NCBI GenBank assembly: GCA_964452145.1
Contig: CAYVLA010000078.1
Location: 1 to 14,862, forward strand
Source of the DNA: Candidatus Hadarchaeota archaeon
GTDB taxonomy: Archaea > CAYQAE01 > CAYVLA01
Direction of reading: 5' to 3'
Length of the DNA stretch: 14,862 nt
Shown here: positions 7,484 to 13,302 of the stretch, in pieces
Layout of the letters: each line of letters begins with the position of its first letter
Numbering within the stretch: position 1 is the stretch's first letter
Position numbers and translations under genes: made by a program
Notes under the pieces: model-generated
Seen by the model: only the letters and a program-made list of their open reading frames with translations
Databases searched by the model: none
Told to the model about the DNA's origin: nothing

Positions 7484-8500
7484 TTGAGGCACTCGGGCAA
7501 CACGTTGCCCGTGTACGGGGGCTCAAGCGTCGTGGGAGGCGGGGGCATAGTGCCGGAACCCGGACCCGTACACTTCTTCTCATGGGATGTCCGGAGGGAC
7601 GAGTTGGTCCTCGACATCGTGGTTCTTGAGGAGGCCTTCCAAGTCCAGTCCCTGGTGACAGGTCCGGATGGGAAGATCTACGGCTGTGCAGACCTGACCT
7701 TCTTCGTCTTCGACCCGGAAAGCAGGCAGATCATTCACAGAGAGGTTTCCAGGCTAGGTGTCATCTCCCAGATGGCTCTGGGCAACGATGGCCTGATCTA
7801 CGACGCGGGCTCCGGAGGGATCTTCAGGATCAAGCCCGTCTCTGAGGATGGCGCAGGACCCTTCTTTGAAGCCCTCGGTGTTGCCGGGCAGACCATAGCC
7901 CTCGATCCCGACGGCAGAGTCTACTTCGGCAGAGGAACCAATCTGTACCTGTTGGAGAATCTGCCCAACATAGGGCCGCCGTGTTGTGACCTGGTGATCT
8001 ACGAAGACCGACTCAATGAAGGCTGGCGACTCGAGGCCACCAGGGCAGTTGTGGATCCTGAATCGACCGAGGCGGTGGAGGAAGGCAGATGCATGGAAAC
8101 CACAATCGATAAGGCATGCATAGTTCGCTTCGTTCCACCCGACCCATGGGAGATCCCGATCTGGGAGTACGACTACCTCATTCTGTCCATCAATCCCGGG
8201 AACGCCACGCTGAGCAAGCTCATAATCTCCAAGACGCCTGCCGATGGAGAATCAATTGAGGTGGACCCAGCCACAGAACTCAGCCCAGCTCAATGGACCT
8301 GCCTGAACATACCCGTCCGAGAGCTTGGCTGGGTGTTCGGTTCCCGCCTTGAGTCACTCAAACTGACCATCACTGGCTCGGGGAGCGTCTACCTCGACTC
8401 CATGACCCTTGGCGTATCCGAGGCCTTTCTCCCGATCTGGTGCACGTTGCTGGCCCTCTTTCTGATGGCACGGGAATCCATAAGGTCAGCCTGGCCGTGA
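7484..8500 (+). CDS. Beta-propeller repeat + carbohydrate-binding-module-like domain + C-terminal membrane anchor (probably 5'-truncated)
   Basis: Propeller blades SLVTGPDGKIYG, MALGNDGLIY and IALDPDGRVYFG. Galactose-binding/CBM-like pattern IYEDRLNEGW..WTCLNIPVREL..GSVYLDSMTL. Hydrophobic tail VSEAFLPIWCTLLALFLMAR. No signal peptide and too few blades for a full propeller. Confidence 0.65.
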   Translation: MRHSGNTLPVYGGSSVVGGGGIVPEPGPVHFFSWDVRRDELVLDIVVLEEAFQVQSLVTGPDGKIYGCADLTFFVFDPESRQIIHREVSRLGVISQMALGNDGLIYDAGSGGIFRIKPVSEDGAGPFFEALGVAGQTIALDPDGRVYFGRGTNLYLLENLPNIGPPCCDLVIYEDRLNEGWRLEATRAVVDPESTEAVEEGRCMETTIDKACIVRFVPPDPWEIPIWEYDYLILSINPGNATLSKLIISKTPADGESIEVDPATELSPAQWTCLNIPVRELGWVFGSRLESLKLTITGSGSVYLDSMTLGVSEAFLPIWCTLLALFLMARESIRSAWP

Positions 8501-8611
8501 TTCGCCGAAATGGGCCTTCGTGCTGTTGCCAGATAGTCGGCTCCGCTTGCCTCGGGAGCGGCCAAGATGGGAAGGTCTGTCTCATCGCTGATCAGACCCA
8601 AGAATCTCTTC

Positions 8612-8854
8612 TCATGTGCCCCGTATGCTGCCTGGCGGTTGCGGCCCCGGTCGGCCCAAGCCCTTCTCCGTAATGATGGTGGCGTAGACGTGTTTTCTGC
8701 GGTCATGCCTGGTCCGCATCTCCGAGCCGCACATGGGGCAGGGCGGCGGGCCATCGTAGGTCCTGCCCTGGAGCTGGAGGAGGAGTTGTGGGATGGACTC
8801 TTTGAAGAGCCCTGGGGACGGATTACTGATCTTCTTGGGTCTTGGTCTCTGCAT
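8612..8854 (-). pseudogene. Truncated zinc-ribbon protein (one CPxCG knuckle only)
   Basis: SPGLFKESIPQLLLQLQGRTY..CPMCGSEMRTRHDRRKHVYATIITEKG is followed by a Pro/Gly-rich junk tail and a stop. The second CxxC needed for a Zn ribbon is missing. Confidence 0.45.
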
Positions 8855-9269
8855 CTTGCCTCTTCCGGTGCAGGTTCCTCTGGTTTCTGCGGTCTCCGTG
8901 GTCTCCGCGGCCTCCGTGGTGGGTGTTCTGACAGTCTTGGCCGCCTTCCGGCCCGGGCTCTTTGAGGGCGAACCTGTCCCAGTCCGCTTGGTTCAGGGTA
9001 ACTCCTCTGGAGTAGACGTAGGCACCGAACTCTTCCAACAGTTCTATGATTCTGGGTGCGTCCTGGGTACGGGTGATGATCACGCTTCTGACCTTGTCGA
9101 TGTGTATGTGGGGTATCTCTCCCAGGATTCCTTTGCGGTGGTAGGTGTAGGTTCCCTTGTTGCTCTGGTCTATGTAGCCGTAGAGACGGTTGCAGAATCG
9201 TTTCAGCTCTCTGTTGGGTGTTCCGGGTCTGTTCTTGTACACTATGATGGTTGCGTCTTGGGGAGACAT
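8823..9269 (-). CDS. Small conserved-looking archaeal protein with a Cas2/VapD/PaaX-central-domain-like (ferredoxin-fold) pattern and a low-complexity C-terminal tail
   Basis: From ATG 9269: ATIIVYK..ELKRFCNRLYGY..YTYHRKGILGEIP..RSVIIT..IIELLEEFGAYVY. It has its own BRE/TATA promoter at 9299-9314, which argues against the ORF-track start at 9416. The fold call is by eye. Confidence 0.6.
   Translation of the reverse strand: MSPQDATIIVYKNRPGTPNRELKRFCNRLYGYIDQSNKGTYTYHRKGILGEIPHIHIDKVRSVIITRTQDAPRIIELLEEFGAYVYSRGVTLNQADWDRFALKEPGPEGGQDCQNTHHGGRGDHGDRRNQRNLHRKRQDAETKTQEDQ
8882..8920. repeat. Imperfect 9-bp tandem repeat (about 4 copies)
   Basis: GGTTTCTGC GGTCTCCGT GGTCTCCGC GGCCTCCGT GGT. Confidence 0.75.
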
Positions 9270-9278
9270 CCTCACAGC

Positions 9279-9314
9279 ATACGGTAAGCGGATTACCGTA
9301 TAAATATCTTTCGG
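9279..9314 (-). promoter_or_regulatory. BRE/TATA promoter with overlapping palindromic operator
   Basis: The minus strand reads CCGAAAGATATTTATACGGTAATCCGCTTACCGTAT: TTTATA at 9304-9299 and a perfect 9-bp inverted repeat ATACGGTAA-N5-TTACCGTAT at 9279-9301, ending 9 nt before ATG 9269. Confidence 0.75.
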
Positions 9315-9446
9315 CCACCTTACCTTACCTAGAAGAACAACCAACCAATCTGCACCGCCGCTGGCTGGAGAGCACTCCATCCCCAATCGGGATTGCCATT
9401 CACCAGGTTCCCTCAATACAAAGGAATGGAGGGTTTGAAGGGAGGC

Positions 9447-10364
9447 CTAGATTCCCGACAAAGGGTTCTCGCGGATCGCCAGCCCGATGGCGTAGTACTT
9501 GTGATCCATGTCGATCCTCGACGCGTAGTAGAGCTTGTCGTGGCCCACGAGCTCAGGCACCACACAGGGTTTCGAGCAGTAGAGGCTGTCCCAGCTGCTG
9601 CCAGGATCGGGTGAGAGGATCGGCCCCGCGCCCTTTGTCCAGGAGATCCCATCCTGGCTTGTTGCCACGGCAACCTCGCAGATGCGATCGTATGATGTGT
9701 AGTACATCTCGTACAGATCATCTCGCTTCAGGACGAAAGGATAGAGAAGGTTCCGTCGTTCCCAGGCGAGCGAGGACCTGAGAACGGCTTTCGTTGGGAA
9801 GTCCCAGGTGATCCCATCCTCGCTTGTGGCGTGGCGTATCTCCATCCGGCCATCCCGTCCCTGGCCAGTGTACCACATTCTGTATGCCCCGTGGTCAAGA
9901 AGGACCGTTGGGCTGTAGGCCCCCTTGGCGATGGAGTCGGGTTTGTGAGTGGACCAGTTCACCCCGTCCTGACTGGTGGAGAGATGGAGATCGGGAGCGA
10001 GATTGCTGCCCGAATACCACATCCACAGAAAGCCTCCCTCCCTTATGACCTCGCCGCTGGCCTCCCTGAGGACGGCCGGGCAAGTGTAATAGCCGGAAGC
10101 ATCCGGACGCATGATGACTGGTTGCGGCCGCCGTTCCCAGACCAGACCATCCGCGCTCTCGGCATATCCCAGCATGTGGTGCTCGTTCTTCCGCCGGTCG
10201 CTCCCTGAGTACCACATCCTGTAGCGACCCCCATCCTTGATCACCATGGGCGCATGGATGTGGTTGGAATCGAAGAACCCCGGGCACAAACTGAGAACGG
10301 GATTGACGGGATGCCTGCGCCAGATGCTGTTCTTCACCAACGAGTCATCATCGCTCCGGGGCAA
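9447..10364 (-). CDS. Five-bladed beta-propeller glycoside hydrolase-like protein (GH32/43/68/117/130 superfamily)
   Basis: Repeated blades of the form P-x-V...Y-x-M-W/Y-Y-S/T-G...A-x-S-x-D-G-x-x-W (AESADGLVW, STSQDGVNW, ATSEDGITW, ATSQDGISW) plus NPVL/GPIL motifs. No signal peptide. Confidence 0.8.
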   Translation of the reverse strand: MPRSDDDSLVKNSIWRRHPVNPVLSLCPGFFDSNHIHAPMVIKDGGRYRMWYSGSDRRKNEHHMLGYAESADGLVWERRPQPVIMRPDASGYYTCPAVLREASGEVIREGGFLWMWYSGSNLAPDLHLSTSQDGVNWSTHKPDSIAKGAYSPTVLLDHGAYRMWYTGQGRDGRMEIRHATSEDGITWDFPTKAVLRSSLAWERRNLLYPFVLKRDDLYEMYYTSYDRICEVAVATSQDGISWTKGAGPILSPDPGSSWDSLYCSKPCVVPELVGHDKLYYASRIDMDHKYYAIGLAIRENPLSGI

Positions 10365-10394
10365 TATATGTGAATGCCGCGAGACCGCGAGACA

Positions 10395-10904
10395 TCATCG
10401 CCGACGACTGGGGCCCTTGACCGCTTGCACCGCCCGCCTGACCAGATCCGCAGTCAGATACAGGGACGACTTGCTGCCTAGGTCTTCCAAGGACTGGATC
10501 GTGTTCTCTTGGGACAGAAGTCCGCGCCTGTAGGCCCTGAGGAGGATGCCAACCGATCCGTGGGGGTCTAGCTTGACTCGTCTCGCGGCATCTCGGGCAT
10601 CCAGATCGTCCGTGAAGATCAGCTTGGTGCTCGTTTCCATGCAAAGGGCAATCGCCTCGGCCTCCCCGAGATCCAGGCCGAACCTTCTACAGACGAAGGC
10701 TGCTTGATCCTTTCCTCTCGGCCCTAGATTTCGTACCTCCATCCAGTCAAGGCCGGCCAACTGCATCGGAGAAGGACCCTTAGTAAGTTCCGTGGCTACC
10801 TCCGGGGGAACCAGAACATTCCCCACGATACCCAAGGCTTCAAGGCGGCCAATCTCGGAAAGGTGAATGAGGGGACCCGCGTCAGAGACAGCCGTATCAG
10901 CCAC
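10395..10904 (-). CDS. vapC: PIN-domain toxin, DUF3368/COG2405 type (VapC-like)
   Basis: AVSDAGPLIHL, VPPEVATEL, LDLGEAEAIAL, TDDLDAR and GSVGILLRA. The start overlaps the 3' end of the RHH gene by 8 nt. Confidence 0.9.
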   Translation of the reverse strand: MADTAVSDAGPLIHLSEIGRLEALGIVGNVLVPPEVATELTKGPSPMQLAGLDWMEVRNLGPRGKDQAAFVCRRFGLDLGEAEAIALCMETSTKLIFTDDLDARDAARRVKLDPHGSVGILLRAYRRGLLSQENTIQSLEDLGSKSSLYLTADLVRRAVQAVKGPSRRR

Positions 10905-11088
10905 CGCGGAGACCCCATTCTATGTCTTCTTCGATTGCGGCTTCGAGCCGGTTCAGTCTCCTCCTCTCTACGAGCTCCCTGACGGCATCCCTGATGGCCT
11001 CGCTCCTGCTTGTGTACCATCCCTCCTCCACGAGCCTGTCGAGCTCCTGGATGAGCTTCTCCGTCATCTTGGCGGGCACTGATTCCAT
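10897..11088 (-). CDS. Ribbon-helix-helix (CopG/Arc/MetJ) antitoxin
   Basis: SVPAKMTEKLIQELDRLVEEGWYTSRSEAIRDAVRELV is a typical RHH; 63 aa with an acidic tail, upstream of a PIN gene. Confidence 0.9.
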   Translation of the reverse strand: MESVPAKMTEKLIQELDRLVEEGWYTSRSEAIRDAVRELVERRRLNRLEAAIEEDIEWGLRGG

Positions 11089-11101
11089 TCTTACTACCGA
11101 G

Positions 11102-11135
11102 GTATCACTTGCGTGATACGCTCATAAAGATTTCC
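11102..11135 (-). promoter_or_regulatory. BRE/TATA promoter plus palindromic operator of the RHH-PIN operon
   Basis: The minus strand reads GGAAATCTTTATGAGC followed by GTATCAC-gcaa-GTGATAC (11119-11102), ending 13 nt before ATG 11088. Confidence 0.72.
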
Positions 11136-11574
11136 TGTCAATGATCAATCATGATGTGCCAATCCGTCCCGAATAGCCATTTTCGCGGGATGTCCATGGC
11201 AACCGGGGTGGAAGCCAGAAGCCCCGCAGCCTACTGCCAAACGCTTCTGGCGGCCACGTGGCCAATTCCCCGTCCCTCCCCCGATCCCGGTGGGATGGCG
11301 CTGTGGGTTCTTCTTGGTACGGACTCCTCGATTCGGTTGACGACCTTCGAGAAGGGTCTACTGCCGGAGTGTGGTCTGTTGTGTAACGGGAATGCATGGG
11401 CTGCCAGCTGGAGAGATGAACGGCGACGTCCGATACACAATCGGCCTCCCGGCGTTGCCAGTCGCTATGCATGATGCACCACCTTGCCTGAAGCCGGGCA
11501 CATGAGGTCCAGCTGACAACCATTCCTTCGTTGCCCGGGAGGAGAACCTCAGGCCACTCCGCGCAGCACAGTCC

Positions 11575-12417
11575 TCACCGCAAGGATAACCCGAACGCCC
11601 AGCGGCGCCTTGTGGTGTCCAGCTCAGAAATCAGACCATCCATCCGCGAGCTTGGGCCAACTTTTCTCCACCCATCAAGAACCTGAACGCGATCAACCAT
11701 GGCATCCTTCATCCTGAAGGTCTCAAGCTGATCGTTTCGTATGGGACAGGCAACCAGCCCTGAACTTTCGTGCAGCGAGTACTCGACCCTCTGCAGACCG
11801 CTGGTGTCCCTTCGATACTGGGACGGATGTACCGGGGTGGAATGCCAGCCCGACGCATGCCTTGACTTGGCGATCAGGTGGAGTTTGAGCCTCTGGTATA
11901 GAACGGGACACACGTCGATGAGGTCCTTGCCGTCGACTCTGGGAGGAAACGAACCGTAATCTATGTGGATGTGGAAGCCCGCCATGCCGCTGAACTTGAG
12001 CATGTAGGGGACATCGAAGGCATCCAACTCCCTGCACATGGCCATGGTCACCCTCCTTGAATCATCCAATGTGCGCGCCGAGTCCACATCAACGAAGAAA
12101 TGGAAAGCCTTCCATTTGCCCGACTCACCATATCTTCTCGGAGGCTCAATGTAGGCCGCATGGGTGCAGTGAAGCCCCGGGTATCCTCCCTTCCCTTTGC
12201 CTTTCGCGATCCCCACTATCGCCCGCGCCACATCCTCCCTGGTCTTCGGAAACGTGGGGTGTTCCCGTCTATGAGCCAAGGCCTTCTTATTATCCGTTAC
12301 GACCAAAGCCCGGTCGACCACGCCTTCGTATAGCTCATCCAGTATCTCAGAGCGCTCACCCCCAACGCCATAGTAGACAAGGACCTCGTCAAGCCTGGGG
12401 GAGTACCCGATACCCAA
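11575..12417 (-). CDS. Archaeo-eukaryotic primase (AEP) superfamily primase-polymerase, stand-alone catalytic domain (paralog 2)
   Basis: Motif I FFVDVD (D110/D112), motif II LKFSGMAGFH (H149) and QRVEYSLHESSGLVACP. TTG start 3 nt after the upstream stop, preceded by GGGGGA. Confidence 0.85.
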   Translation of the reverse strand: MGIGYSPRLDEVLVYYGVGGERSEILDELYEGVVDRALVVTDNKKALAHRREHPTFPKTREDVARAIVGIAKGKGKGGYPGLHCTHAAYIEPPRRYGESGKWKAFHFFVDVDSARTLDDSRRVTMAMCRELDAFDVPYMLKFSGMAGFHIHIDYGSFPPRVDGKDLIDVCPVLYQRLKLHLIAKSRHASGWHSTPVHPSQYRRDTSGLQRVEYSLHESSGLVACPIRNDQLETFRMKDAMVDRVQVLDGWRKVGPSSRMDGLISELDTTRRRWAFGLSLR

Positions 12418-12420
12418 CGC

Positions 12421-13302
12421 TCAGCATCCCCCGAATCCATCTTCGCCAGCAATGTCGCCCAGAATGCCCCTCACCGCATCCACGCTCATCCTGGCACCCT
12501 GCAGATCGCCAACCATTGGCTCAATCATCACGGTTCCCCCATAACCTGAATCAGCCAGACGTTTCAAGAATCCGCGAAGCCGCAAGTCCTCTGCCGATAT
12601 GGGATTGTGGTCGTCTGAACGTCCAGCATTGAGGTGGCAATGGACGTACCCAATCCTATCGAAATGATCCTCCAAGAGCCACCCCCAATCACCCAGAAGC
12701 GAATGCCCATAGTCATAGCAGACACAGAGGTCACTGTTATGTTCCAAGCACTCCACAAACACACTCCTTGCATCAACCAACTTGGGCAGGTTCTCAAGGT
12801 ATATCCCGACCCTCTCGCTTCCAGCCCTTTCCAACAACCGACCCAACACGGCCGAATTCCTGGATGCATTGTCCAACCTTCGGACAGAACACCGCGCAAG
12901 CCGTCGCTCGATGCCGTCCAAGAACCCAACTCGTCCAGGAAGAAGGGACGGTAAGACCCTTCCCCGTCCGGGATGGATCACGACCCCCACAGCCCCCAGA
13001 TCGTGGGCAAGCTCTATGGCGCCCTCAGCTTCCTCCAGAGATCGCTTAGCTTTCCGTGGAAAGGGTGACGTCAGATCTTGTCCTTTGAAAGGCGAATGAA
13101 CGGTGAGGCTGAGCCCCGCCTCCTCGGTCACCATCCTAATCTTGGCTCTTGATTCCTGGTTGATCTGGCGAGGAAGAGAACGAGGCCTGTCGGCAACGAA
13201 CTCAACAGCCTCGACACCCCATCGAGCAAGCTCAACCACTCCTTCGACCGGGTCCTTGTCGTAGAAAGGCGAGTTCTGACAACCTACAAGCAAAGGTCTC
13301 AC
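12421..13302 (-). CDS. AP endonuclease 2/xylose isomerase-like TIM-barrel metalloenzyme (endonuclease IV-like)
   Basis: Motifs TVHSPF, IHPG, LEN, DYGH, HCHLN, DDH and MIE. The GTG start overlaps the upstream TGA. Confidence 0.85.
   Translation of the reverse strand: MRPLLVGCQNSPFYDKDPVEGVVELARWGVEAVEFVADRPRSLPRQINQESRAKIRMVTEEAGLSLTVHSPFKGQDLTSPFPRKAKRSLEEAEGAIELAHDLGAVGVVIHPGRGRVLPSLLPGRVGFLDGIERRLARCSVRRLDNASRNSAVLGRLLERAGSERVGIYLENLPKLVDARSVFVECLEHNSDLCVCYDYGHSLLGDWGWLLEDHFDRIGYVHCHLNAGRSDDHNPISAEDLRLRGFLKRLADSGYGGTVMIEPMVGDLQGARMSVDAVRGILGDIAGEDGFGGC

Noticed and set aside
8612..8854. Insertion sequence or transposase call for the Zn-knuckle ORF
   Set aside because: No DDE or HUH catalytic domain, terminal inverted repeats or target-site duplication were found.
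8823..9269. Calling this gene cas2 or a CRISPR locus
   Set aside because: The YD motif is absent, there is no cas1 or other cas gene, and no repeat-spacer array is visible in the window.
8389..9318. 309-aa minus-strand ORF
   Set aside because: It is an Arg/Pro-rich alternative frame that starts upstream of the TATA box and overlaps better-supported ORFs.
11149..11523. Short ORFs on both strands between the RHH promoter and the AEP operon
   Set aside because: They show no family motifs or convincing start signals, so I treated the region as non-coding.
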